A stretch of DNA of 64,000 bases from Paraspadella gotoi (GCA_051294375.1 CM119268.1:6019525-6083524); one strand, 5' to 3'; counted from the stretch's first letter, positions 1-27,200 are shown. Program-made: numbers and translations. Notes: a model not told the origin generated them from the sequence alone.

Positions 1-73
1 GTTGACTGACTGATTCGTTGATTAATCCTTTAAATTTCTAATGATTAATTCATTATTTTATTGACTGAATCAC

Positions 74-205
74 GTAGATCGATTCACCATTTTGATAAAA
101 GTTTTCTTTTTCTTTTTTCACAGGAACGATTTCGACGATTTCGTCTTCAGTCGTGATTTCTTCCGTCGGCGTTGATTTAGAACTTTGCATTTCCAAGTCG
201 CCCAT
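74..205 (-). CDS. Probable first coding exon of an unidentified gene transcribed leftwards out of the window (MGDLEMQSSKSTPTEEITTEDEIVEIVPVKKEKENFYQNG...)
   Basis: ATG at 205-203 opens a stop-free, exon-like frame that ends at a GT donor (after 88 or after 74), followed by (CAAT)-type intronic microsatellite. No homology recognised. Confidence 0.4.
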
Positions 206-1652
206 CGTCTCTTTCTGTTTTTTTGTTTTTGTTTCTGTTGTTTTGTTTCCGTTTTTTTTTTGTTGTTGTTGTTTTTGTTGTGTTGCTGTTTTGTTTATGT
301 TTCGTTTTACATTTTGTTCCTTGTTTTTTTTCCGGGTTTGGTCGAAGGCTTAGCTTTCTACATTATCCGCTCCTCTTTTTTCTATTCAATCGGACTTTTA
401 ATTCAAGAGAAAACAAAGTACATTTGTTTACAAACAACGGGTTTTTTATATTTAAAGAAACGGAATTATTGCGACTCTAGTCATCATCTGCGCTTAGTGA
501 CTTAATTCAAATTCCTTTATTAGTTTTATTCAAAAAAATTTTTCTTGAAAACTATTCAGGTTAAATTTGTTTTCCTTTGATCGATTGAGTTTTGAAATGT
601 AGATAAAAAATTAACATCAAAATGATAAGATTGGTAAAATTTGAAAAAATTTTAACCAGAGCCAAACATTTGAATGAAACTGAATCCCAGAAAATTCGTC
701 GGGTTAATTTTTCATTCGTATAATTGCATAGTTATATTAGACTAATAAACAAGGATAAACTATTGAGCAATTTACAACAATACCATGTTGGAAGTTAAAA
801 TTTTAGCCGAAACTTTTACCAAACTTTTCATAAATGTAATGATATATTTACGTCAAAAGCCTAATATGTATAAAAATTTCAAATTGAGTAGGTGGGAGCA
901 AGTTGAGCAGACAAACAGACGTGACACCCAGACAGAGAGACGATTTATAATAACAGCGAATTTAAAAATCTATTAAATTCGTTGCTCTAGATTCGACAAC
1001 CCGACGTATGTAAATTTTACATTAAAGCAAGAAATTAAGAAAAAATGATGACGATGACTCGAAACTTAGAAATTCCGTAGGAAAAGAAAAAAAAAACCTG
1101 TTTTGTGACAAAACAAAACAAAAACCAGGAAAGAATTTTTTTTTGGTTTTCTGTTTTTAAAGTCGAGAATCGGACGTTTCTCCCTAATTCAAGTTTTGAT
1201 AGAAGCAGACGACGACGAACGACGACGACGATGTCGACGAACGACGATGACGACGACGAATAACCAAACCCAAAAATATCCCGAGGAGTTCAAAACACGA
1301 AATGTCCCAGCGGCTTAAATCTCGCGGCAGCAGCAGAAAAGAATAACAGCAGGAATTCGTGCGGCTGGCAGAGCGGCGGAGCAGCGGCGGAGGCTGTAAA
1401 CGAAGGATGTCAATGATAATGATGATGATATTAATGTAGAATTTCAGAAAATATATATCAGCATGTCTTAAATCTGGAGGCAGGATAGCTTTTTTATTGA
1501 TGATATTATAAAGTATTGTTAAGAATTTTCCTATTTTTACCCTAATAAATAACTTGGTTGTACCAATTTTTTATTAATTTTTGATATATCGTGTAAAAAA
1601 AGCTTTAATTAAACGAAAGATTAAATGATGGTCACGCAAAATCTTTCCTTTT

Positions 1653-1688
<36 letters not shown>

Positions 1689-1745
1689 TCCATCTTACTT
1701 TCTTTCATCTTTCTGTCCCTGTCGCCTCAGCCATAACTCGGACTT

Positions 1746-1755
1746 GTCACGTGAT
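1746..1755. promoter_or_regulatory. E-box GTCACGTGAT (USF/MiT-TFE-type) in the presumed divergent promoter region
   Basis: The motif is seen directly. It lies between the minus-strand exon at <205 and the PI4K2 start; an AAAATGGCG YY1-like motif is at ~2213-2221. Function is inferred. Confidence 0.3.
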
Positions 1756-2357
1756 CGTAAATGAGACAATTAAAAATTATTTGTGAAACATTACAACTCG
1801 CACTAGCTAACACTAAGACTTAAAGCTAGCTTTTTAACAATTAAACTATTCAATTTTTAAATATTTAAATCTTTTAACTACTTTAATTTTTAAATCTTTA
1901 ACTTTTTAACTTTTTAACTCAACATCCCCTTAACTTCTCAACTCCTCATCTCGACTGCTGGACTCCTCAACTCGACTCCTCAACTCGACTCCTCAACTCG
2001 ACTCCTCAACTGATACTCGCTCCACCTTGATTCATCTTTTTGATTCTTCCGTTAAAATTCCTTTTTACCGACACAAAAAAATATTTTTCAAGTTAAGTTT
2101 ATTAGACTAAAACCGCGAAAATTAACGAAATCATCGGATACTTTGTAAAGTTTTTTTTTTTACTTTTCAATATTTAACCCAAAAAAATTTAAAAAAGAAT
2201 CAAAGAGAAAAAAAAATGGCGAAATTGACGAAAGAAAAACTTCGTAATCGACGGAAGGGATAAAGAAACGAGAAATTCTCGGGTTTGATTATTTGGAATC
2301 GATCATTTGTTTTGTAACAGCCTCGTTTTCGAACCTAATTTGCATTTTCAGAATTGG

Positions 2358-14206
<11,849 letters not shown>

Positions 14207-15276
14207 AAATGAAGACAAATGAAAGTGGCTGAATCAAAGCTGATCCAATCCCACAAAAGCACCAGCGTAACTAGGTCTTGGAAACAATTATCGTGATGAA
14301 CAATGATGCATTAATTCAAGCCGTAAACTGGATTCGTCCACCATTAGACGTGATACATATTTGAATAAAAATATGATCCTAGGACATTTACTAATCAAAC
14401 TATTTTTAGGTTGATGATGTCACGAAATTAAAATTCGCTCTTATCATAGGAATATTCTAACGAGTGCCCTTAATAATAAAAAGATAAAGTTATTTTGATA
14501 GTTGTTTTGAAAATTTTGAATTCTGAAAATGGTTATATTTTTTTTTTTGATGCCATCAGTCTGTTAACTGTGAATCATTGTAAACAAGTTAAAAAAGCCC
14601 TGAAAAATATTTTGATATAAAAATGTAGATATTTGTTTTACCTCGTGTACTAGTTAGACTAACCGGTGAGACTTTTTTTTTCATCTCATACCCATCAAGA
14701 TTGAATCATTTTGGCCAACTTTTATTCCATCGCAGATGGAATCAGAACCCAAAATGGAATCGGATCCGCGACACGGGTAGAATCCGCCGGAAGCCAGATG
14801 AGACTCTCTCATTGGTCGAACCACCAAGTGAAGCGGCCAATCACGAGATGGATTTAATGCCCGTGTCGATGATCCGATGATTCCATCACGATTCTTTTTT
14901 GTGTGTGAATTACATTTTTAGTCGGAACTGCTTATCGCAGGTTCTATCTCTATAAGTATAATTCACTTTGTCAATCCGCCTGTCCAGCCCCGAAATCTTG
15001 TTGGTAAATCGTTTTGTTCATATCGGAACATCCGTCTGTCCGTCCGTATTTCCCCTTAGCATTAAATACCAATAACTCGTGTCTCATAATAAGTGTCTCT
15101 AACTAAAAAATTTAAAAAAGTCTCAGGTAAAAAATAAGCTTTATTACTTTTTATTTTCTTTTTTTTTTTTATTTACATTTACATCATTGCGTCCATCATT
15201 GATCAAAGATTATATAATTATAATCACTACTGCCCCTTTCTCTCTCTCTCTCTCTCTTTCGACCTCCTTGCTTCCT

Positions 15277-18200
15277 TCAAGCTTGCAACTCTTCGTCCTC
15301 TTTATAGAAATGCTTGGCTGCTTTTTCAAAGGCCGCATCGAACTCTTCTCTGTTTTCCCCCAAATAAATCAAATTGTTCTTCATCATCTCCGTCAAGGGT
15401 TGACACTCGGGCATGAGCTTTGCCAGAAGCTCCATAGTGTCGCAAACTTTCGCAATGCGTTCATGCCATATTCGCCACCATTTATGGTAACATTTGCCGT
15501 TAAAAATTTCGGGAACGACTAAGCCCGCCTTGGCCAGTTCATAGCCTGGTAAAGTAGTTCATTTTTTTTAGTCGGATCTGCTTGTCAGCAGATCCCGACT
15601 CTATAATTCATTTTGTCGGTCCGTCGGTCCGCCCCCTCAATCTTGTCGGGCATTCACTTATATCATATCAGAACATCGAATTATGATAAATTATGCAAAA
15701 AAATTATGTTCGTCCGTCCGTCTGTCTATCTGTCTGTCTGTCTGTCTGTCCGTCTGTCCCACCTTAGCAAAAAACACCAATTACTTGTGAATGGATTGAT
15801 GGATTGGAATCAAATTTTGTGTGTGGGTAGGAAAGTGTGAGATTATTATTCAGTTAATTCATCAATTAATCCATTAATTAATCAATAATTAATTAATCAT
15901 TCAATTAATCAATCAAAACAAAAATTTCGGATTAATTAATTACCTAATTAATTAATTAATTAACTTGAATTAATTAATGATAATGATCGTGGGCAGATCC
16001 GACATTGTTTGCTCAAACTTTTTTTTTTTTGGTTTTGTTATTTAAAATTTTTTGGCCTCCTGTCAGAAATAATCTGTAACCAACATTTTTTTAGCCGGAT
16101 CTGCTTACAGCAGATTCTGGCTCTATAATTTGAATCCATTTTTTTCGTTCTGTTAATTTAAATATTTAAATTTTGTTGAATTGTAAACTGTACAATTTAT
16201 GCGTTTATCTTTTGTTTTGAATGTACTGTTTCAACTAATTGTTGTAAACAAATAAAACACATATATAATTCACTTTGTCGGTCCGCCCCCTCAATCTTGT
16301 CGGGCATTCACTTATATCATGTCAGAACATCGAATTATGATAAATTATGCAAAAAAATGATGTTCGCCCGTCCATCTGTCTGTCTGTCTGTCCGTACGTC
16401 CCACCTTAGCAAAAAACACCAATCACTCGTGATTTGATGAATGGATTGGAATGAAATTTTGTATGTGGGTAGGAAAGTGTGTGATTGAGCAGGAAATAAA
16501 GTTTTGATGGAATCATCCAAGTGGAAATGAGTTAAAATGGAAAAAACAAACAATCTATTTCACTATATGATTATGCTCTTTTTATTTTTATATTAAATTT
16601 CAATTCAAGCTGCATTAATTAATTATTAATAAATAAGTAATTAATTATTATTTGTAATTAATTAATTTTGTGATCGAGATTGATGTTTTGTGATTGAGAG
16701 GCGAGAACGATGGAAAACGATTTTGACATGAATAAAAAAAATAATATTAATTAATAAATTAATTAATTAATTAAATACTTATCTGATCAGCTGCTTACCG
16801 CTATTTATTGTGGGCATATCCGGCATTATTTGCTCAAACTTGTTTGATAAAAAAAAAATTAAAGTATTAAAATTTATCTGTGATAGATTACCTTCAGTCA
16901 ATAATTCAGCTTGGATCTTATTAACAGTAATATCAATCATCATTTCAGAAGATTTATATATATTTTCACTCATACAAACTCCACTGAGTAATTTCAAAAC
17001 CACAAGACGATGATCTTGTTGACTCCACTTCATAGAAACCTTCAAATAAGAAAATTAGAAAGATGTTGAGGCCTCCCTCCTATCAGCCCTGTTGTTGTTT
17101 GAGATGTCAACCAATAGCATGGCTTGCCCCCAACCTCAGTGAGCCAGGTGATTTTTAACTAGTTGCCATGCATACCAAATTTTAGATCCGGCGGTGGGTT
17201 AACCGGCCAGTCTTTCGGATCGATCCATTGGGTGAGGAGATAAAAATATTGCACAATTACTCTACGAATATCCAAAATGCCTTTTTAGAGGGTATTAACT
17301 TAATATGACATAATATGACATAATGACAAATTCATATTACTTTTTACATCGAACTTTTATATCAAACTTTTTTCACTCATTCAGTCTTGTTCAAGTGTTT
17401 GATTATGAATCTTGATCAGCCTCATGAGTTTACAACTTCATAACATAAAGAAGACTCACAAAGCTCAAGTTTAAACATTTTCCTCTTTACGGTTTACCAT
17501 TATTTGTTCAAAATTGTAGAGAGTGTAATTAAACTCTTTACTATCGCCCATCATGATTATTTGTTTAACCAAATGTAACATTTCATTCACGACTTGAGGG
17601 TCCAACTCATTGAAGAGGCCTTCTTCGGAGTTGATCAGCATCTGTAGCGCAATCTCAAAACAGAGGGACTCGACGGGAGATTGCGGGAAAAGCCTCGTCA
17701 CCGATTCCTTCAATTGCGTCATTCCATTGCTGGTTATGCCCCTAAAATATCCGGGTTTAAAATCTCAAACTCAAAATAATTAATATGACATGTTCTACTA
17801 GTAAATCAAATGGAATATTTTAAAACATTTGTAAAATCAAATGGTTTTATAGGTTACTTAAAACTTCTTTCATTTTTTGAAATTATTAAATTTTTTTTAT
17901 TATCTATGGGAGAGAGATAGAGAGACAGAGGGAGAGAGGGACGAACAACATCTTTCAGCAAGATTAAGGTAAACGATGAGGTGAAGATGGCTGAAACTTA
18001 ATTTAAAGCCATAAAAGAAAATATTAAAAATAAATTAAGGGGATTAATATTTTATTAAAAATAATTTTGATACTTTACATACCTGTGAGCTACGGAGCTA
18101 AAATATATTGACAAGAAAAATGAAGCTTTTTCCAATAATGTGAATTTTTCACAATAATGGTTAGACATATATAAAGCAGCATGAGAGACAAGAACAGTGT

Positions 18201-21200
18201 GGTAGTTATTGTGATAAGGATTTTCAATCTGTTGTTTATAAACGGACAATACAGTTCTAAGGAGAAAAGCAGGTGAGAAGAAACAGATTTACTTTTTATG
18301 GTCATAAAATGATTTAAATGTGGTACATTCTTTAGCAATAGAAAGTTTTAGTCATTTGCATGTTTTACCACAAAAAGCAGTGATATGACAGTTTCATGGA
18401 ACCAAAATAATAATTATGGTAGTTCACGTCAAAACTAACTTGATAATTCTTGGCAGAGGAAGATTTAAATGTTGTAAAAATTGATAGGCTATATAAATTT
18501 GAAGATTTTTTTGAAATTCATAGTCTTGTTCCGGAATTACAACTATAAAAAATTAATGACAAATAAATAATTAATTAATCTGACCATTAGACCTAAAAAT
18601 TCTTTAAACGTCATCACAAGCACAGGGAGTATAATGATTTTTTGAAAAAAATTTTCATAATGGGAAATACTGTGCTAGAAGTAAAAAAGTTTTTGTCAGA
18701 TTTTTCTCTCTCTGACTACTTCATCCCTTAATAATCAATTTGTGAATTGTTATTTATCAAACAAATTTATCGATTATTTGTTTTCCACTGATGATTAAAT
18801 AGAAAATATATATCAAAATATGGGGCCAAAATTTTTTTTGCGACTAGAAATTTATTTTTTTTTGTAAAAATCATCAAAGTCATCAAACTTGAAAATCTCT
18901 ACATCCTATATATTTTAATTTTTTTTATAATTACATGTTAATCTGTCCAAAGTATTCGCGTCTTTCCATATAGTTAGCCATTTCTCATAAATACGACGAC
19001 TATTGTCCACTTCCGTGGCAGTTGGTAAAGTATGATAAGAAAAAATTTCCATAGACAAATCATACAACTATAAAAAAGTTTGGCAATAACACAAATATAC
19101 TTTTTGTTATGTTTATTGTTTTGTACTTGTATGTTTTTAGACATCCTATGGTTGATTTGCGTTATTTTCAATATGTTCGCCAGAATCAAAGCAATTTGCT
19201 GAAGCTTATCTTTATCTGCTTGATAAAATCCTTCAAGGCGATTTTGTCTGTTCGAGCAACCAATGACGCAAATGACTTCTTGTACCATCATTGAACCTTA
19301 AAGTAAACAAGTTTGAACAAACAATGCCGAATCTTCCCACGATCATTAGCGGTAAGTAGCTGATCAGATGATTAATTAATTAATTATTAAATTAAATAAA
19401 TATTTTTTTATTGTGTCAAAATCGTTTTCCACTTTGTCTCGCCTCTAAATCACAAAACAATCTCGATCACAAAATTAATTAATTAATTCAAATAAAAAAT
19501 GTTCAAAAAAATTTAATTTTCTACCATTTTTGGTATTTAGTTATTTGTTTTTATTTTTAATAGAGTAAGTTTTTTTTCTTTCTTAATTTGGTAATGCTAA
19601 AGGCCTTGCACCTTTTTTTGGTTCAAAAAAGTACTATTATAGTTTTCAGGAAAGAGGGAAGGATGTGTAACGTCAACATCGGGGCTCAAAAAAATTGTGT
19701 TAAAGATGAAGAAAAATATTTAACTGTCATACCTCAATTTGCTGTATGAGAGCATGCCCAGATGCAGGCAGTAGTCAATGCCGAGGAAGGGCATACCAAA
19801 TGTTGAGAATGTTTTACCCATATTTTGTATAATTTTTAATGAATAAAAGAATTATGTGATATACTTTTTTCCTAGATAGTAATATACAATCTGTAATATT
19901 TCAGTCAACAAGTATACATATTCAAAAATTGCCAATGATTTGCTAATGCGATATATTTTGCTCAAACTTGTAATAGTAAATTTTTATTCTGTTATACATT
20001 TTATTTATTAAATATTAAATACTGTAAATGAAACTAATCCTCTTACTTTCAAATATTTACTATTTTTCCTTCTCATGGTTCATTCTAATTATATTCCCTT
20101 TTCCTTATAATTCCTTTCCTTTTAATCCCTACTTACCATTTTCATCTTCTATATAGCTAAGCTAATTGCTCTTGCTTACCAAATGCAGATGGCATTTCAT
20201 GAATTTGAAGAGGAACAGTTTCTCCATCTTCCAGAGAGAATCTAAAGTGGTGTACATCAGTGTATTTTTAATTTCTTCAATTTCTTTAAATATTTTAAAT
20301 TATTTGAATAAACTATAATTTTTTCATGTTAAAATGAATTCCTCGTCAAAAGATGATAAAAGAAAAAATAAATCATTTTTAAAAATTATTTCATTAAGTG
20401 GGTTAAAAATTAAAAAAACTATATTTAACATAAAAAATTTAAATTTTGAGTTTAAAATATAGGTTTTTCTGATGTTTGACCAACTTAATGAAACATTTTT
20501 TAAAAAAGAGTTACATTTCTTAATATCAACTTTTCATGACGTATCCAAACCTGCAAAAAAATCTTACACAAAACTTTTTTGATATTTTAACATTTATTGG
20601 ATTTGTACTATGTATAAATATGGCCTACTGCATAAATTGTAAAATTTAGAATACAGTTTTTTATACATAAATGTTTATTAGTATAATGTTGTTCGTTCTT
20701 CACTTTTAGAATTTCGATTAAAGTTAAATTTAGGATTTTTACTACGCTTTAATGTACACTGTATTTTGAGCTTTTACGACCTATCCAGGAAGGGGGAAGT
20801 GCCCACATCTTTGTGAATAAGTCTTTAGAAATTTTCGTTCACAACCTAACTATGGTTTATTGGAAAGCTTCCAAACTTGGGTTTTAGGACCTCGGGGCAC
20901 TCTGCTTTAAGGCGCCATACATTAGGCTAATAAAAAGTCTTATATCTGAACAGGATAAGGGTGAAAATTTTAATGACTCCAAATAAAAATCTTACTCATA
21001 ACTTAAATACTGTAGCTGCATGACAGTATGAAGCAGTATATTATTTTTTTAGCTTGGTTTATCATCTTGCGGACTGTTAGCCTCTAGCCATTGGGTAGTA
21101 CCCAAGGCCTTAAATGATACCTAAGTTCATATCAATTGGCTTCAGCACTTGTTTTATTTATCATAATAAAATTATACTAACCCATTTTATATTATCTCTT

Positions 21201-24200
21201 GTCATTAGCCTAATCTTTGTGACATAATGATAATGTTTGGTATAGTAATCGTTGATAATATGATAAGTTAATTTAGCCTAGTTTCAATAATTTAACAAGT
21301 TAACCGCAGCAGTGACAGAAAGTATTTCAATATCATAATTATATTTTTTTGTCCTAAATTAATAATTTTATATAAGAAGTTTTACGGTATAGCTAAGCTT
21401 TTATTTAAATTGTAATTATTACATAATGGTGCTTGGGGACGTGAACATGTTGTTTGATAAGTATATTAGCTTCATTTTTCTATATAGTCCTCTCACTCAT
21501 TTTTATCATTTCTGACTTAACATTTTTAGTCGGATCTGCTTTCAGCAGATCCCAACTCTATAATTCACTTTGTCGGTCCGTCGGTCCGCCCCCTCAATCT
21601 TGTCGGGCATTCACTTATATCATGTCAGAACATCGAATTATGATAAATTATAAAAAAAAAAACGATGGCCGTCCGTCCGTCCGTCCGTCAGTCCCACCTT
21701 AGCAAAAAACACCAATTACTCGTGATTGGATGGATGGATTGGAATGAAATTTTGTGTGTGGGTAGGGAAGTGTGTGATTGAGCGGGATATGAAGTTTCGA
21801 TGCAATCGTCCGAGTGGAAATGAGTTAAATGGAAAAAACAATAAAATATATTTCACTATTTGAACACTAATTACTCATAAGTGGATGGGGCGATTGCCTT
21901 GAAATTTTGTATTTGGGTAGAAAAGTGTGTGATTAAACTGGAAATAAAGTTTTGATGGAATCGTTTGTGTGGAAATGAGTTGAACTAACTTGAATTAATT
22001 ATTAATTCATTATTAATTAATTAACTAATTACCGATAATGATCGTGGGCCGATCCGACATTGTTTGCTCAAACTTTTTTTTTTTATTTTGAGGTTGTCCA
22101 AAAACATAGCCTTTAAATCGCACATGAGTAAATAATATCACTTCTCATTATGGGCACCACATTTGTCTTCTCAAGGCGCATCTTTATCTGATGCAGCAAA
22201 TTTTATAGTCACCTTTAAAGCGTTACTGGAGACTCAAAATCAATGTCAAATCAATTTTTGAATGATTAAGGTCATTTAGTCTTTAGCCTTTTCATTGTTA
22301 TTATGTCTCTCTCTCTCTTTATTTCTCTATTTCTTACTTTGTAAAAGTTTTGTTTGTTAATTCTTTTTCTTCCACTGAAGATGACATAGAAACTTATGTC
22401 GAAATATATGGAAAATTTATAAATTTCTTTTTTTGCACTGCACTCCATTATGAAATTAAACTTTTTAATCAAGATACTGACACCTTATCTCTTCTGGCTC
22501 ACTGTGAACTTATTTTATAATTTAAGTTAATAATATTTGGGTGAATGATAGCATAGCTTTCATTTGAGCCCTTTTACGATAATTTTTATAAAAGATTTAA
22601 AAATTTCCTGCCATTTAAATGGAATTATAAGTTTTGGTTCCGGACCCTGTAAAAAAACTGATAAAATCATCGAAAGATGATGATGACGACGACTTTTTAC
22701 GGTTTTTCTTATTTTTGACTCACTTATCATAAAAATATATAAAAAAGAATTATATTTGGTGAAGACGACTTTTTATTTTATTTTGGCCTTTCCTATCTAT
22801 AAATAAATAATATTGTATTAATTCTTTTTTTTTCGTTGCGTTTGAGTTTTAGATGAAAAAAAATAATTTCTTTAAGAGGAAAGGTCATTCAGCACAACAA
22901 TACGTAATCATTGATGTGTTAGAGCTAATATATCGATAAATATATTATAGTCATCAGTAATCACAAAGAAATAAGTTCTTATTTATTTGTGTTCGTTCTG
23001 TTTTCAATAATTTTTTTTAAATGGGTAAATTACACAATTGTTAAGTTAAATGGGTAAGCACATTTTTTAAAGATTNNNNNNNNNNNNNNNNNNNNNNNNN
23101 AGAGAGAGATCTTTTTGAGTCGATTTAAAATTAAAAAATTAATTTAAAAAAATGGTTTTGAATTAAATTTGTTTCGGCGAATTTTTTGAGAAGTAAGTTT
23201 TCCTTTTTTGTTTTTTGTTTTTTTTTTTTTTTTGTTTTTTGTTTCGTTTTTTTTTTATCTTTTTATTCACGTTCGGGCTCACCAACGTGTGGACGCAACA
23301 AAAGTTTCAGAGTAAGAATGATTTATTTCTTCAACAACGTTATAAACAATAACAGTCAAAATGCTCAGATGCTAAGGTCTATTACAAATGGTATTTACAA
23401 AGGGTCAACGTTTGACCAATCAAAGGCAACTCGTTTTTGACCATATAAGTTGGGGAAATGAAGCGAGGTAAGGTTGGTAAGGTCATGTGGTTTGACCAAG
23501 GTTCGTGTTCTAGATGTTCGTACCACAACTAACAAAAATAATGAGAAAGAGAAGTAGAGAAAGAAAAATAGAAAAGCAAAAGAGAGAAGAGAAAACAAAA
23601 TATACTAGAATTAGAATTCCGATGGTATCCTTCGTTTTGTTGTATTATGAGATTAACAAAAATATTTGTTTTGTTACAACAATAATTTTATATGACATAA
23701 AAAACAGAAATGTTTCGACTCGGTTTCGAGTCTTCTTCAGCGCATTCAGGAGCCAGAGTTAAAGAGAAAATACCATTAAATATTTGTTTGCTTTAAATTA
23801 TAAATTTAACCGATCTTAACGGTTACCGTTAAAAATGTTAGTTTTAACGGTTAAGCGAATTTCCAAAAAAATTAACGGTTATCGGACTCTAGAAGTGGAT
23901 GGGCGATTGACTTGAATTTTTATTTTGGGTAAAAAAGTATGTGATTAAACTGGAAATCAAGTTTCGATGGAATCGTTTGAGTGGAAATGAGTTTAAATTG
24001 AAAAAACAAAGAACCTGTTTCACTAATTGATGATGCTTCTTTTTGTTTTATTTTAACTGTAAATGCAAGATGTATTAATTAATCAAATAATTAATCAGTT
24101 AATTAATCAATCAGTCAATTAATCAATCAAAACATACATTTTGGATCAAATTAATTAAATAATTAACTTGAATAAATTAATAGTTAATTAAGTAATTACC

Positions 24201-27200
24201 GATAATGATCGTGGGCAGATCCGACATTGTTTTGCTCAAACTTGTTTTTATGTAGTGATGACTACTTCGTCGTCAACGTCGCAAAAGGCAAAAAGGATGT
24301 GAGATTAGAAAAATAAAAATGCAAGGACAAGAACCGGATTTTTTTTGGAATTGCGCCACCAAACGAAAAACAGTGGGATCGATGGACCTTTGAGAGAACT
24401 CTACGAGAAAGGGAAAAAGTTTCTTCTCGACCTTTGCTTCGGTCACATTGACCTCAATTCCATCAGAGCCAGGCGGATTCATTTTTGTTTGGAACCAGTT
24501 ATATTCATGGCGGATAAGGAGACGCAAAAGTAGCGAGACCATTTGAGGTTCGATAAAGGGAAAGAATAATTTATTATATTTATTTTTTGTACTAAATGAC
24601 TGCTGAAAATAATGGGTAGCCCCACTCAATGGGGTGAGTCAAAATTTAGAATGAGTACATGCTCAAACAAAAATTTAGACATTTTTATATATACTTTTAA
24701 ATGAAACAAAATATTTCTTATATGGCTCTATACCCAAATAATTTTTTTTAATATTTATTTTAGATGAGAAAAAAGAATTTCTTTAATCAAAAAGTTGATT
24801 TAATGGTGACTAAAAAAATCACCAACCGTTCATCAGCGGCCATTGGTGCGGAGGCAAGTCATTCGCCTTCCAACCCAAAGGTCCACTGTTTCTAGCCCGG
24901 TGGTCGCCTAGCTGTTAAGAGGGATGGGGTGCTTAACCCGCTTGTAACACAGTGTTACAGCCTGATCCGAAGCTCAGGGATTGCTTATTATTGAACGGTT
25001 CTGTCATTACATATAACAATAATTCCTGTCTCTTCATTGGTGAGCCCGACTTTCGAACAAACAGCAAACAACAACACTTTCAGGCGACATGCCTCAACCT
25101 GGCGATGCACTTTCCACTAACAACACATCAGGCGACATGCCTCAACTTGGTGACGAACTTCCACCAACAACAATTCATTGAAGAGATGCAACAGACTTCT
25201 CCCTACGGGAGGGGGATGTATGGTGGACTAAAAAATCCACCAACCGTTCATCAGCGGCCTTTTGGTGCCGGAGGGAAGTCCATTCGCCTCCCAACCCAAA
25301 GGTCCAGGGTTCTAGCCCAGTGGTCGCCCAGCAGTTAAGAGGGATTGGGCGCTTAATCCGCTTGTAACACGGTGTTACAGCCTGATCCGAAGCTCAGGGA
25401 CTGCTTATATTGAACGGTTTTTGTCACTAACACATAACAATAATTACTGTCTCTTCAATTTAATATATATATATATAATATATATATAATATATATATAA
25501 TATATTATAAATGCATCATTATCATAGACATTTTGCATGATACAAATCTTGCATACACACCAATGCTTTCTACATACGACGTCTGAAGTTGTCCAAGCTT
25601 GTAAGATGCAAATGTAACGATGAACATAAGTCTTCGAGTAATCATGTTTCATATAAATTCCAATACAACTCAGTTGCTGTGATGTTGATATAAGAAAAAG
25701 GGTCATTCAAATTCATCTACACTTCAAATAGGTCTAGGCATAAATATGATTTCAATATCAGACATCTTTAGAATTATTAAAATCTATCACGCTTCAAGTT
25801 GAAGACTTGTAATGCAAAGTCGAAATGTTTCTTTAACCATCGTTGTTGATTAGAAAAAGGGTCATCTTCAATTCAGGCTTGAGTACATTCAGAGTGAGCT
25901 CCTGTCGAATTCCGAAAATGTATTCACTTTAAGCATTTGATGCATTCTACCCCATTTTATATCGGTTTTAATTATAATATAAAATAAAGAAAACCTATCT
26001 GAAGAGTTGCAGGTCAAACGAAAAGGCCAATCCATCTGATATTTTTTATGAATTCTTTATTACTGAATTAGAAAAATGTAATAGAGAGACATTTTTAAAT
26101 TTCAACTTGTATCCTTGAAAATGAAACGTTTTTAAACTTTACCCTGAATTCTTTCTAACTGGAACGCGTTTATCAAAATGTCTCTCTATTACATTTTTAC
26201 AAATGTTTTTAAGATTGCTAATCATTGTGTATAGACTTTCGATTCCGTTGTTTATGGGCATTAGAGAAAACAATTTTTATTTGTTTTGACAACGAATTTT
26301 AATGACAATTTGACAGACATGTTTCGACTCTGTATTTTTAGAGTCTTCATCAGTGTTTGACAATATTCAAGTTTTTCTCTTTAACATTGGATTTCAAAGA
26401 GAGAGAGAGAGAAGAGAGAGAGAGAGAAAGAGAGAGAGAGAGTTTCCAACAAAGAATTGAGTAAAGGACAGTGGTCAGATTGTGAGGACAGGTGAAGGTA
26501 AAAGGGGAGGAGTGAGTTTGGTGAAAATTTAAAATTGAGGAGAATGGAAGAGAGAGAAAGAGAGAGAGAGAAAATCTTTACATTGGACAATGTACAACAA
26601 TGATAAAGGAAAGAGAATAAATTAATAAACTTAAAGATTTTTTAAACTAATAATAACAATGAAAATGATAATTTAATTAATTAAATAAAGGTTGAAATTG
26701 AAATAGAAGAATAAGTAATGAGGGATAGATAAGTAAAAGTGTTAGTGAAAATTAAGGTGAGAAAAAGAGCTCAAAATGAGCTCAAAACGACCTGGAACTG
26801 GCGTACTTCAGGTTCGATGGACGGTACTATGCCCAGCCTGGTGGCTTAGGGATGGGAAAATCAACCTCAAGTCCTCTGGCAGATTTTAATATGGAGGACT
26901 ATGAAGTGGAAGCTTTGGCTTCTTTTCGATCTCTGCATGGGGCAGAATCAGTTCTCTTCTGGTATCGGAAAGCAGATGATACCATCCTGGCTGTGCAAAA
27001 AGATCTCGTCGAGACCCTCAGACACATTTAAACAGCATCGAAGCGAGCATCAAGTGGACGTGTGAAAAAGAGGAGAATGGTAAAATTCCAATGCTCGATG
27101 TGCTTATAAAGCGCAAAGAGGGCGGCTCGTTGGAATTTTCTGTCTATCGCAAACCAACGCACACTGATCAATACATTCCCCTTTGATTCGCACGCTCCCT

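Noticed and set aside
24273-24629. ORF duplicated at 30299-30625 as a gene pair
   Set aside because: The duplication is a consequence of the inverted arms; no recognisable domain or splice context.
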